A stretch of DNA of 64,000 nucleotides from Chrysomallon squamiferum (lineage: Eukaryota > Animalia > Mollusca): the NCBI GenBank assembly GCA_012295275.1, contig CM022668.1, positions 12,710,001 to 12,774,000 of the forward strand, read 5' to 3'. How positions within the stretch are numbered: position 1 is the first letter of the stretch; the number at the start of each line of letters is the position of its first letter. Of this stretch, positions 14,520-29,834 are shown piece by piece. Made by a program: the position numbers and the translations under genes. The notes beneath the pieces are model-generated. The model saw only the letters and a program-made list of their open reading frames with translations. It did not search any database and had not been told where the DNA came from.

Positions 14520-15090
14520 TAAATCCATTCTAATTCTTTAATTTCAGAATATTTGTTCTTAATATTCTTTAAATTCAAAATATCTGTTCATAGTAATCTT
14601 AAAATTCAAAATATTTGTTCTTAATAATCTTTAAATTCAAAGTATTCTAATTTCTTAAGATTCAAAATATTTGTTCTTAATAATCTTTAAATTCAAAGTA
14701 TTCTAATTTCTTAAAATTCAAAGTATTTGTTTTTTTAATATTCTTTAAATTCAAAATATTTGTTCTTAATAATCATTAAATTCAAAATATCTGTTCTTAA
14801 TAACCTTTAAATTCAAAATATCTGTTCTTAATAACCTTTAAATTCAGAATATCAAAATATCTGTTCTTAATAACCTTTAAATTCAGAATATCAAAATATC
14901 TGTTCTTAATAACCTTTAAATTCAAAATATCAAAATATCTGTTCTTAATAACCTTTAAATTCAAAATATCAAAATATCTGTTCTTAATAACCTTTAAATT
15001 CAAAATATCAAAATATCAAAATATCTGTTCTTAATAACCTTTTAAATTCAAAATATCAATTTGTCATAATTCTTTAAATTCAGAATATCT
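14520..15090. repeat. 31/39-bp minisatellite (TTCAAAATATC[AAAATATC]TGTTCTTAATAACCTTTAAA)
   Basis: Tandem units; the 39-bp units give the 13-aa repeat ORF 14797..15003. Confidence 0.9.
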
Positions 15091-15508
15091 TTTTTTTCAT
15101 CAAAAATCAAACACCATAAACTGGATATTAAAAAGATTTTTATCAAAATCCCATCATGTTCAAATCGTGCAGCATGGTACCTTTAATTAGCTCATTGCCC
15201 TGATAATCCTGTTGTTGATATTGATGTGTTTTGGGGTTCATGTACTTCCAATTATATTTTGCATTTACTAATTTCCTGCAGCCATGTCCATGTATGAATA
15301 TAGATTGACAAAAAAAATAAAAAAGAAGAAAAAACAAAATTTATTTTTTGCAGACATCAATATTAATCAGGGATAAGCAGAAAGAATGGACAGAAACATT
15401 AATTGTAACCCAAGGGAAAGAGAATGCTGAGTTTCAGAGTGAATGTTTTTTTTTTTTGTAGATAAAAACATTTATATACACATACAGACACACACATAAT
15501 GCATGTGA

Positions 15509-15721
15509 ACATACATACATACATACATACATACATACATACATACATACATACATACATACATACATACATACATACATACATACATACATACATACAT
15601 AGATACATATATTCATACATACATACATACATAGATACATATATTCATACATACATACATACATACATACATACATACATAGATACATATATTCATACAT
15701 ACATACATATATACATATACA

Positions 15722-15753
<32 letters not shown>

Positions 15754-15847
15754 CAAACATACATATATATATACATACATACATACATACATACATACAT
15801 ACATACATACATACATAGATACATACATACATAGATACATATATTCA

Positions 15848-15913
<66 letters not shown>

Positions 15914-15940
15914 CAAACATACATATATATATACATACAT
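15509..15940. repeat. (TACA)n tetranucleotide microsatellite
   Basis: Directly visible. Confidence 0.95.
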
Positions 15941-16272
15941 GGTAGCCCAAACATAGGTGGACAGTAAATGATAACATTTATTTTGAGTTTACACACACAA
16001 TTATGATTTACTCCAAAAGATTAAATTTAAAATAAATGTAGTTATAAAATTTTAAACAATATAGCACAAATACTGTAGTTGTAATGAACACCATTGTAAT
16101 AATATAACCCTAACCCACATATTGTCCACCTATTTTTGGACCAACATGTAGAGATGTACGCATGTACACATGGAAATTCACATAGATATTTACACATATA
16201 TATATACATAAATAAACACACATTTATTTATATATTTTTCAAATAGGAAGATTTAAAAAAAAAAAAAAAAAT

Positions 16273-16330
<58 letters not shown>

Positions 16331-16412
16331 AAAGTTAATAAATAAATATATAAATTAAAAAGAAAACATTTAAGATCCAGTTAACTGAGGTTAAAGGTTT
16401 TTTCCACAAATA

Positions 16413-16443
<31 letters not shown>

Positions 16444-16824
16444 TTTTGTTTTTTACTTTGTTTTTAATGGGCACGAAAAGAAGTCGAAGAAGAAGAAGAA
16501 GAAGAACCTGCATTTTCTGATTGATAAAACAGAACTAATTAGTAACAGCGCAAGAAGAAAACAGTTATGTCTGATTTGTGAAGACAGCTACACTGAATGA
16601 GAAACCAGCTGTAATATAATGTATGATAAACGGAGTGGAGATTTAGTTTGGTTAAACTGTTTATTTTTTGTTTTTATTTTCTTTCCTCAGTTTGTAAGTA
16701 TAAGTGTGGTTTTTTTGTGTGGTTTTTATGACTTGAAGATATGTGTCTGCATATTCTAGGAATGAAGATGAATTTAAGCAAACATGCATTAGAATGAAAA
16801 CAGATAGGTGTGTACAGAAAAGTG

Positions 16825-17046
16825 ATGTGTGTGTGTGTGCGTGTGTGTGTGTGTGTGTAGTGTGAACACAATGTACTTGTATGCATGTTGTGCATGTGTG
16901 TGTTTGTATGTGTGTGTGTGTGTGTGTGTATATATAATATATATATGTATATATATTAACATACAGAAATACATATATATACATACATATATACATACAT
17001 GTATATATATATATATATACATACACACACACACACATACATACAT

Positions 17047-17089
<43 letters not shown>

Positions 17090-17100
17090 AACACACACAT

Positions 17101-17155
<55 letters not shown>

Positions 17156-17178
17156 CAGACAGGTATTTAGGCAGTATA

Positions 17179-17211
<33 letters not shown>

Positions 17212-17300
17212 GTGTATATACATACAAACAGACAGACAGATATATGGATTAATAGATGTACATACATACATACATACATACACAAAGACAAATACACATA
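16825..17300. repeat. Compound (TG)n/(TA)n/(TACA)n microsatellite
   Basis: Directly visible. Confidence 0.9.
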
Positions 17301-17662
17301 CAAAAATACACACATCACTTTCAAATATTACAGATAAGTCAAAACGGCAACAACAACAACAACTTTAATCAGTCTTACTACAAAAGACAACACATCGCAA
17401 TCAATTTATTTAATGTACATATAAATTAAATTTATTGATTGTGTGGTTAAATGTTTTTTTCGCAAATTACGTTAATGCATAACATAAAATTAAATTAGGG
17501 TTATCGTGACAGAATTCAAACTGTCATTCTGTCAAGTACTTAAATAAATGTATGTGAAAAGAAAAGTAGAAAGTTATTTTTAAAAACTTTAGAAATTATT
17601 GAATTTTTTCTTCTTTTTTTTTTGTTGTTTTGTTTATTATTATAATTATTATTATTATCATT

Positions 17663-17694
<32 letters not shown>

Positions 17695-17868
17695 TCTTTA
17701 TTTATTTATTTTTTATATTAATTTTTTTTTGATAAAGCGAAAGTTGTAATATTAGTAATGGAGATTTCAAAATATATTTCATAAAAAGTATATTAAAAAA
17801 AAAGTTTAATATTTCTTTTAAATTGTAACATTTTAAAAAACTATTTTGGATGAGTTTGAAAAAATAAA

Positions 17869-17934
<66 letters not shown>

Positions 17935-18049
17935 ATGAATTAAATAATACAAGAAGAAGAAGATAAAAAATAAGTTTTGAAAAAATTCTATCTTTTTTTT
18001 TTTTTTCGTTTTTTCTGTTTCCAAAACTTTTTTTTTTAAAAAAACATTT

Positions 18050-18674
18050 TCTCTCCGACTTCTTATTTTATTTCTTTTTAAACTCGGCTGTCTTCGGTTC
18101 CGCTCGTAAAAAAATTACGGAGCGCAACGGTCGCCATCAATTTGTCAGCGGCAATCTTTGCCCACTTAATTCAGACCCCGTTCGCTCTTCCGGTGAGTAT
18201 CAACACGAGGCCACCTACAGCTTTCACTGATAGGAAAGTCAATAGAGGTTATCTGTCTGCTTCTCTAGCGGGAATTGATAACAATAAACCATTTAAAGAA
18301 TGGCAGCTAATTTGGTAGCAATATGCAATATGTAAAAATCATTTGCTGTAGAAATCCGCGCCCCGTGCTAGCCTCGTAATGAACCCGAGAACGCCATAGA
18401 CTGACGTCCGGCTGCCTAATGAGCGGCGATTGTTTGTCGTGTGCTACGCGGCGTAGCAGTCGTTTTGGTGTCGGTTGAGCACGCCCGATGGGATGATTGG
18501 TTACATTTTGTATGTCTGCTCGCGTGTCGACGACGTCGTCGTCGTCGTTGTTGTTGTTGTTGTTGACGTTGTTGGGACGTTGGAAAAGAGTCGGAGAAAG
18601 ATTCGCGAGGAACTGGTTAGTACGATGTTTGGGTTTGTGTGAGTCGATTTGGAAAGCTCGTCAGTTTGAAAGTG

Positions 18675-18680
<6 letters not shown>
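18050..18680. promoter_or_regulatory. CpG-rich promoter-like island, possibly bidirectional
   Basis: High CpG density. CCAAT on - strand (ATTGG 18496-18500) lies about 95 bp upstream of a - strand Inr-like TCAGTC (18399-18404). A + strand Inr-like TCAGTT is at 18661, followed by (GA)n. Confidence 0.45.
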
Positions 18681-18744
<64 letters not shown>

Positions 18745-19702
18745 TCAAAGATATCGTCTGCCCACTGAACAAGAAGAAGGAAGAAAGAAAGAATAAAAAC
18801 GACGTTTATATTGTCAACCTTACACTATAAGCAATCCAGCGCAATCGTTATGCATGTTTGAGAGAGAGAAAGAAAAAAGATATAAATATTGCCAGTGTTG
18901 TTAATTATAATATAATCTACTTTTAGGAGCAGGACGATATAGTTTGTGTGTGTTTGTGTGTGTGTGTGTTCGAGATAGAGAATTAGAAGAAAAATAAATA
19001 ATAAAACAAATGTAACTATTGTCTGTCGTGTTGATTGCGTTGTAATCTACTTCATCGGCGATCATCATAACGTCTGTGTGTTTGTGTGCGTGTGTGTTTA
19101 TGCGAGAGAGACAGAGGAACTGATAGATATACAAATATGTATAACAAAAGGAATCGTCAGAATAGAAATTTGAGACACATGCAAAACCAGTTTTAGAGCG
19201 ATATATGAAGAGTATGTATGCCCATAGTGTTTGTATGTGTGTGTATATTATTGTATGTTTGTGTGTGTGTGTGTGTGTAGGTGTATCTGTATATATCAGT
19301 TGTTCTTGTCTGTTTTATTTAATGAACCTCCACATGATTGATGAGTATTCTATCACTTACTAATGGATGTCAAACATCTGTAATTCAAGCACAGTCTTCA
19401 AAGCTGACATGCGACCTTTTTCATTGTAAGACAGAGATACGTCTGTTATAGTAGATAGGTGCGTGCGTGTGCAGTATTATAAATGTGCATGACACTAATT
19501 AGATTTTTGTATGTCTGCTCTGTAAGACAGTTTCTGGTCCATGGACGAAGTAATTATCATGTTTTTGTCTCTTCTGCAAGCCAATTTCAAATCAGAAAAT
19601 AAGATAATTTTTTTTTTTTTTTAGTATTAAAAACTATGTATAGTGCAGTGAGACAACATTTTGTTTCTTTCTTTATATTATTATTATAATTATTATTATT
19701 AC

Positions 19703-19747
<45 letters not shown>

Positions 19748-20306
19748 CATCATCATCATCATTATCATCTTTTTACTTGGTCGCCAGTATCTTGCGGTTA
19801 ATATCAAAACACACTGGTACGTGCTGTGCTGTGCTGTATGTAATAACATTATAGTGAATTGTTAAAAATTCACAGGTGAAAAACTTTTTATCATTTTAAT
19901 AGTAAATTATTAATTGCCTCATCATTTCATTCTTTGACTACAGAATTCTATTTTGGATAACAGGATTCGGGATGGTTGTAAAATGCCCGAGAGGATGCAA
20001 TGTCAGTCAACAAAGTTCTAGGGTGTGGAACCAAGAGAGGTTTTTAGCGCCCAGAAGCAAGAGCCCATCCTTTTTTTCACAATCCCTCATTTACGTACAT
20101 CAAGGATATTTATGAAAAGATACTCTTGACATTTTGATTCATATATATATATATATATAAATGTCGAAAATGTTGTGTGCGTTTATATATATCATTTATA
20201 TAATATTGTATAAAATTTAAAATCAGTATTGTTTTCGCATCTTTACTGATCCCTATTTTTTCTCTTCTTTTTTTTTTCTGTGTTGTTGTTGTTGTTATTA
20301 TTATTC

Positions 20307-20340
<34 letters not shown>

Positions 20341-20924
20341 TAATTTTATTATTGTTGTTATTATTGTCATCATCATCATCATCATCATCATCATTTTTTT
20401 ATTTTTTTTTTTACTGTTATCTTCAATGTACTGCAGATCCACTTATATCATCGTCAACTTGAAAAAAATCAAAATTCACCACGTGTTCTTTCTTACATCA
20501 ATCGATAACGCGCGCGCGCAAACTTTTAAATCCTTTTCAAAGCGCGTGCAACACGGACCAAACCAAAATCCGACATCGCAAACGTAAAAAAAAAAAAAAA
20601 AAAAAAACACGAGCAAGCAATTATTTACAAAAGTCCACGATTCTGGCTAAGAATTAAATCGAATCTTCTTGATATAAAAAAAAACAAAAAACAAACACGA
20701 GAAGACAACGAAACATGAATAAATCCGCTATAAAAAAAAAATATATATATATATATTAAAAAAAATATATTGTTTGGTTTTGGTTAGTTGCATTTTTGAC
20801 TTTCGGTGATAGATTAGAAATAATGAGAATAGATTTTTAACAGTGCTGGGCTATCGTGATTTATAATAAACGTGGTGAAAAGATTTTGGTAGGTTTTTTT
20901 TGTGTTTGTTTTGTTTTCTGTTAA

Positions 20925-20959
<35 letters not shown>

Positions 20960-21021
20960 AATTTTTTTTTTTTTTGTTCATTTTTATTTATTTTATTTTA
21001 TTTTTTTTTTTTTTTTTATTT

Positions 21022-21060
<39 letters not shown>

Positions 21061-23262
21061 TGGTAGTAGTCTTAATAGTAGTAGTAGGAATAGTAGCAAT
21101 ATTAGTATTATTAGTAGTAGTAGTATTTATTTAATTATTATTATTATTATTATTTGGTAGTAGTAGTAATAGTAACAGTATTAAAATTATTATTAGTAGT
21201 ATTTATTTATTTATTTATTTATTTATTTCTTTATTATTATTAATATTATTATTAGTAGTATTTCTTTATTTCTTTATTTATTATTATTACTAGTTTATAA
21301 ATGACAATAACGAAGTAGGAACATTTCAATTTTCAATTTTTTCTTTCTTTCTCTTTCTTTCATTCGTCTTTTTTCTTTTCTTTTCCGTTCTTTTCTTTTC
21401 TTTTTTTATCAAAATTATTAATATTGTTGTTTCAAGATTCAGTAATACTGTATCTTCTGTTTTTAAAACCTTTTTATTTTAACTGTTAGCAACAGTGGAC
21501 TGTTTATTGTTGTCCTGTTTGTTCATTTTGTTTGTTTCTTATTTATTTATTTATTTGTTTATTTATTTATTTAAGCTGCACCGCTTAAACTCGAACAGGA
21601 GAAGACACATTGAAAACTTAACAATAGATCCAGAAAGATTTACGACACAATCGAGTTTTAAATGAACACAACGTAAAACAGATCACAGTTTGATTACACT
21701 ATATATACAACAATGTATAACAATGCACAACAACATATAACAGTGTAATCTTTTTAGCATCAAATCTGACGAAAGAGTTTTGTATTACATTCGAAATCGT
21801 GTATTACAATTGCATTTCGCAAATGTGTATCGATGAAAAATAAATTAACCATATGCATACGCACAAGGGCTAATATACATTTATGCTTGACTGATAACGT
21901 ATTGTGTTACCTAGAATTGTTATTAGTGTATTAAAACTACAGAACAGTTTTTTTTTTCTTTTTTAACATTGCCATAAACTTTATTTCCACTGAGATAACT
22001 GTATTGATGTTAGTAACAATGATGTTGCTATTATAATTAGGGTTGTTATTGTTATTACTACTACTATATCACTATTATCATCACTACTATTACTGCTGCT
22101 ACCACTGCTATTGTTATTTTTATTATGACTATTATTACGATTATTTCTATTAGTAATATTGTTTTATTATTACTACTGCTGCTGTTGCTGCTGCTGCTGC
22201 TTCTACTACTACAACGTTTTTATTATTACATTACTGCTGCTACTACTACTGCTAATACTATTACTACTACAGTTAAATGATCATTCATTCAATATCGTAT
22301 TAATTAAAACAAAGTGAGATTATAAATAGAATAAAAACAATGTAAATAGAACAAAGTAACTCTATAAATAGATAAGAATAACGTTATTAACGGAACAAAG
22401 TAATAGTTACAAATAAATCAGAGTAATGATATAAATAAAACCAAATAATGTTTAAATAGAACAGACTAATATTATAAATGGAACAACGTGCAACATTGTA
22501 TCTGACTGGATTAAAGTGTCTGTGACGTTTCAGCAGACGATAACTAAAAATAGATCACCGCGTGCGGGAAGATTATTTATAGAATGTCGTTTGTCTAAAA
22601 TTCGAAAATACTAGAGAAACACTTTATGTCGAGCTTTCATACAAGAAAATTTATGACGGTAAAATTAGTCACTTTTTTTAAATTTTTTTCCAATGTATTA
22701 TTATTAATGTATTATTATTATTATTATTATTGTTATTAATTTATTTATTTATTTATTTATTACTTTATTTTTATTAATTTATTAATTTATTAATTTATTT
22801 TACTCTCTAATACATTTTTCCGAACCGTATGCCATCAGTTTAATATTTAATTTTTTTTTCTTTCTATCCTTACACCATTACTTCTGCTACTTTCATTTTC
22901 TGAACAGCTAGATTACTCCCTAAATCCTCATCTCATTTTTTATTCATAAATATTATTTACAATAATCTCTCTCCATCGGATCGCTGTTTCCTTCAGTTAT
23001 TTCAGTCTTCACAATCACGTGTGTTCTTTTTTTGTGTTTCCATTCGTAGGCCTTTTCTTAGGTTACGTGATATAAATTATAAATTAACTTAACATTTCAC
23101 TATCTTTCTTGTGTCTGTCTGTCTGTTTGTCTTTCTGTTGTTGTTTTTTTTTTTTTTTTTTTTTCTTCTTTTCTAATATGTCTGTCTCTTTCCGTTCTTG
23201 TTATTTCTGTTTTTATCTCTCTGTCTCTTTTGATGCGGGACTTTGTTTTTTTTTATTATCTA

Positions 23263-23297
<35 letters not shown>

Positions 23298-23770
23298 TCC
23301 TTTCAATCTATATATCCATCTGTCTATCTATCTATCTGTCTGTCTGTCTAGCTATCTATCCACCTCTCTCTCTCTCTCTCTCTCTCTGCCTGTCTCTCAC
23401 TGTCTCACCCTATCTCCCTATCTCTCTCTCTCCCCCTCCCTCCCTCCATCCATCTCTATCTCTCACACACTCATTCAATTTAACTACTCGCAATATCTTC
23501 CTCCTTCCTTCAATTACGCAAAGCAATCTAACGTATCAAACTATTAACCTGAGATTAACCGTGTTATATCCATAAACTACTGAGCGGCAGACATTTTGCG
23601 TGACCCAACTTGCCAACACGCATGTTATATTATTCTGCACCGTGTTTGGCCAGTCATAAAATTAATTGCACGTGAAAGCCTCGCTATGAAATCAATAGCG
23701 AACACAAATCGAGGCGAACGCTAATAACAGGAACGCAGCAAAAGAAACGCTCATATCCTGTTGGCGTATC

Positions 23771-23818
<48 letters not shown>

Positions 23819-25349
23819 TTACAACAATAAATAGCACTATTTTTCTTTCTTTCTTTCTTTCTTTTTTTTTTCTTGTTTTAGTTGTTGTTTTTTTTTTTTT
23901 TTTTTTTTTTAAACCGAAAATTAAATTTATTCATATATTTATCATTATTATTTTTATAACAGTTTTTCTTCTTATGGTTCTTCTTCTTATTATCATTATT
24001 ATCATTATTATTACCACTACCACTACAACCTCTGTTAATATCTGAATACATGCGTAAGTAAACTCACAATATTAAACGTGCATCAATACATTAAACGAAC
24101 AGACATGTTAGCGTACTCAGTTAATAAAAAAAAAGGTAAACATGTGACGCATTTCTATTATCACTTGTTCTTCCGCGATATAAATAGCCATTCTGTTACC
24201 ACTGTGCCAAAACGCAGAGCCTCACAATAGGAATAGCTAATATCTGGTAAACACCGACTGCTGCTAAAATATATTAATTTCTAATTAACGGCTGCAAAAC
24301 GTAGTTTGATAAATATTACGTCTGTTAATATTGGCTTGCTCGTGCAATCTCTTAGCCGTTGGTTTCCTTGGTTATTATTTCGATAGTATTATTACGTAAA
24401 AAACAGGGTTTCCGGTGTCGATGTAATTCAAACTGGGCGAAGTTTATTAATAATTAATATTTGTTGTTGTACCGTCATTACTATTATGTAGTACTGCAGC
24501 AGCTACTGTTGCTGCTACTGTTATTACACTACTACTATCTCTACCACTGCTGCTACTACTACTACTACTACTATTACTATTGCACCAACTATTGCTACTA
24601 CTAGTACCATTACTACCCTGCTTTTTAAGCTTGTTATTACTATTGCTACTCTTCCACTATTATTATTATTATTAGTACAACACTACAACCACTATTACCG
24701 TACTATTACTACTACTATTACTACTACTACTACTACTACTACTATTACTGTTACTACTACTACTACTATTACTGTTACTACTACTAATACTAATACTACT
24801 ATTATTATTTCTACAAGTAATACCTTTTTTTTTTTTTTTCATCTTTGCTACAAAACCTCACCTAAAACACATATTTTTAATTGAAATTAACCAAATTTAC
24901 GGTTCTTCAGTTTACAAAAATTCGATCCCAGATCATATACTGTTTTTATACTTCAGTGATACTAAGACAGTGGTTTCTTTTCAGGAAATCATTCTTCTGC
25001 GGATCTCTGGACAGTAAGGGGGAATATAACAAAATGATAATCTGAATGCCGAGATTGTAATTATACGAAAATAAATAAATAAATAAATAAATAAACTGTT
25101 GATTACTCTTTTCACCCAGTGCGACTTAAAGCAGAATTTCTTTTTGCGCAAGATTGCACAACATCGCGTGAGACTGCGTGCGATTGCGTGAGAACGGGAG
25201 AAAGGATCTCGGAGCGTGAAAAACGTGAAGTCAAGTGACACTTTCACTTCTAGTTTGTAATAAACAAACAAACTGGCGTTCTGTGAAGAATTCAGTTCAA
25301 AAGCAAAAGAATCTGTATGTATGAAGGTTTTTTAAAAAGTATTTTCACA

Positions 25350-25535
25350 TATATACGTACATACATACACATACATACATACATACGTAATACATACATA
25401 CATACACATACGTACATACATACATACATACATATACGTACATACATACATACATACATATACGTACATACATACATACATACATATACGTACGTACATA
25501 CATACACACATATACATACATACATACATACATAC
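25350..25535. repeat. (TACA)n/(TACG)n microsatellite
   Basis: Directly visible. Confidence 0.9.
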
Positions 25536-25726
25536 ATTAGGCAAAGATGGGGACGCCATTACAGTGGTGGGTATAGTTTCCAGATGAAAGGGTATATACA
25601 TTTCCAGATGAAAGGGGTTTAATTAAATATGTAATAATAATAATAATAATAATGATAATAATAATAATGACGATAATGATAATGATAGTAATAATAATAA
25701 AGATAATAATAATGATAATGACGATG

Positions 25727-25775
<49 letters not shown>

Positions 25776-26316
25776 CGATGACGATGACGATGACGACGTT
25801 GATGATGATCGATACAAAAGCACGCTGTGCATGCTCTCTCCCTCCTCAATCCCACCATCTTTCGTTTTAACGCGGGATTTTTTACGATATGCTTCACATA
25901 TCATAACATTTTCTTTCTTTCTTCTTTTTTTTTTTTTTTTTTTTTTTTTTAACACCGGGCCCTCTGATTGGTCGAAAACGACGCCAACGAATAATAACGA
26001 TTATTTTTCCATTAGACTACGTTTCTTTCGTAATCAACGTTTGGCTATTTTAGCGTCACGTTTTCACTTTCGTACTTGAGATAACGGACTGATATATTAA
26101 TAGGTGAGATGACTCTTGATCTGTTAAATGTCTTTATGCGTCATAGATGAAGGCGTCAGGAGGAAAAAAAAGATGTATATGTACAGATGTGTGTATTTCT
26201 GTTAGGTATAATATATATTCCATACCAAGGTGTGTGTGTGTGCTATAAATAAACGTATGTGGGAGAGAGGAGATAAAAATAGTGTAACATTAAATACGAT
26301 AAACACACACACACAC

Positions 26317-26348
<32 letters not shown>

Positions 26349-26449
26349 TACATTAATATAGAGTAAGTGTATGTTGTGTGTGTGTATTTTTATTTATGCT
26401 TCAAAAGGATTATAAATAAATAAATAAATAAATTAATTAATTAATTAAG

Positions 26450-26491
<42 letters not shown>

Positions 26492-26577
26492 TTCATAATA
26501 AGAAAAAGGAGAAGAAGAAGAATAGTAAAACTACTACTACTACTTTTATTACTATTAACAAGAACAATAATAAACCA

Positions 26578-26612
<35 letters not shown>

Positions 26613-26637
26613 AACGCACGCACACACACAAACACAC

Positions 26638-27344
<707 letters not shown>

Positions 27345-27599
27345 ACTGAAACATTCTCTAATCTTTTACGATGAAATGTAAAGACGTTAAAAATATTGAT
27401 ATAAATTTATGCATAATATATGAATCCATACGTACATATTATTACGTATGTTACAAATACAGAGGATTTAGATTTTAACTCACTTAACTTAAGTGAGAAT
27501 ATAAAAAAAATATTAACGACTGTATGAAGAAAGAATACAGGAAATGCCTATACAATGCGTATATATATATTTCTAGTTTTTAAAATTATTTTTAGCTTT

Positions 27600-27630
<31 letters not shown>

Positions 27631-28034
27631 ATTTGTTTACGAGGATACTCTCTTATTTTTTTTCTTTCGATGTTCGTGTTATCTGTATAATTATTTTATT
27701 TTATTTTATTTTATTTTATTTTATTTTATTTTATTTTATTTTATTTTATTTATTTTATTTATTTCATTTTATTTATTTTATTTATTTCATTTTATTTTAT
27801 TTTTTATTTTTTATTTTTAATTTTTTGTTGTTGTTGAGAAATACATCTCTATTACATAATGTTGAAAAAACAGTTGTAATAAATATTTATAACGTGAGAG
27901 ATACAGCTTCACATCCGCCTGTTTCTGACACACTAAGTAGATTACGTAATTTTTATTTCACGTTTACAACTTCGTATGTAACACTTTCCTATTATGTACT
28001 GAACAGAGAGCAATATTTCGCGTTATTTATAAAC

Positions 28035-28500
28035 CGAATGTAGTATATGTGATTTCAGCGATATACTGAACATCGTATATTGCAATATTTCATGTTAGTC
28101 ATATAGTAAAACTGCAATATTTTATGTCAGTTATATAATGAATACAGTATACTGCAGTATTGTTGTTACTGATAAAATGAATGTAGTATCTTTCAGTATT
28201 TAATCTAAGTCATGTACTTGAATATAGTATATTGCAATACTTCATTATAATGATAAAATGGATGTAATGTAATGTAATGTAATATTTCATGTTAGTCATA
28301 CAGCTGAGTTTACGTTAATGATAAAGTGAATGTAGTATAATGTAATACTGCATGTTACTCATACACTGGATGTATTATATTGCAGTATATCATGGTAGTA
28401 ATAAAATAAATGTTCTTCACTGCAAAATGTTCATGTTGATAATATATCTAATGTAGAATATCGGAATATTTCAGGTCAGTAATATACTGAATGTATATTA
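28035..28500. repeat. Degenerate ~36-40-bp minisatellite (gaatgtagtatattgcaatatttcatgttagtcatatact)
   Basis: About 12 diverged tandem units. Confidence 0.7.
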
Positions 28501-28844
28501 TATGTTATAAGTGATTAACAAAATGTACTTACGTATTCCATCAAATCTTGTAGCAATTGTATCAAGAAACGTGTTCTGTGACGTCATTAGGTTTTTTCTT
28601 CCAGGCATATTGGTAAATCCCGTTAATTCTTTGTAACAAGAATGTTTTTCTTAATTAAAATAGAGAAAATTTTCGACTTCTTTCTTATCTTTCCTTCGTC
28701 TTTGGAATTTTTATACTTCTTAACAACGGTTTTTTTTTTTAATAAATAATTTAAAAAATATATATATATATATATTCTTACTTTTGTTTATTAAAGAATA
28801 ATCCAGTAATATTTCTTTTTATCCGAAATAAAACTGATTCAAGT

Positions 28845-29520
28845 TATGTCAGCGACATTTCTGACAGTTCACCTGTCAACGCACCTACTACAACTGCTGC
28901 TACTACGTTCACGTTTTTATTTAGCAGCAACTGCTAACCAACACACTCCAACTCTCGCGCACGATAAACAACGCGAAATTCTGCGAGTCGTTCTTCTGCC
29001 GTCGATATGTACGGATTCATCGCTTCCTATCCTTGCAACAAGCGATCACTGTCTATAAGTGAAGCTTTGCCGTTTGGTTAATAGCATTCAAAACGAGTTC
29101 GGCTGCTTCCGATCTCCGAACGGCCACATGTTGAATACAACGCGAGAGCCGAGTCGCAATCAAACGGACCGATATACCGTTGTCACGTGACTGTGACATC
29201 ACAACGTCATAGAGAGTTTAGATCAGACGTGAAATTGAGAATTCGCTTTTTTCGCTCGTAGAATTTTCTTTCCTCTGGGTATTACGAACATGATGCGTAC
29301 AGAAATAAGTGATAATTATATACCTTGATTATAACCGATAAAGCGACCGTAGTAAAAGAAAAAAAAAAAAAGGACGCTTACGTCTGCTAAAGTGAGTGAC
29401 AATAAGGAATCTAACGATATTGCCATATTGATCGCGCGCGCGCGGGGTCTTTCCAATTATTTAGTCATTCACGGAAATGCACGAACGAGGCAGGGTTTTC
29501 GAATCATGTGCCATACATAC
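28845..29520. promoter_or_regulatory. CpG-rich regulatory island with perfect GTCACGTGAC E-box palindrome
   Basis: GTCACGTGAC at 29182-29191, (CG)n run near 29433, dense CpGs, no credible ORF. Confidence 0.45.
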
Positions 29521-29755
29521 TGTTAGCAAGGAAAATAAATGTATTGATTTTATTAGGGTTTTTTTTTTTTGTCTTCTTGCTAAACTGTCTATATAGACGC
29601 AATTTGCTTTTTATCGCCCTTTCTTGAAACTGCTGCAATGATTAACAAGTTTTTATTTTTTTTATTTAAGGACTTGTTCAGAAAAAAGTATTAATAATTG
29701 TTATATGTTTCCTAACTCATATATTTTTTCTTTCTTTTATTTCATTAGTCTTACA

Positions 29756-29834
<79 letters not shown>

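Noticed and set aside
14797-15003. ORF of repeated LNLKVIKNRYFDI
   Set aside because: By-product of a 39-bp minisatellite unit
15143-15337. 64-aa - strand ORF with non-repetitive sequence
   Set aside because: No convincing splice pair or homology; it looks more like a non-coding element
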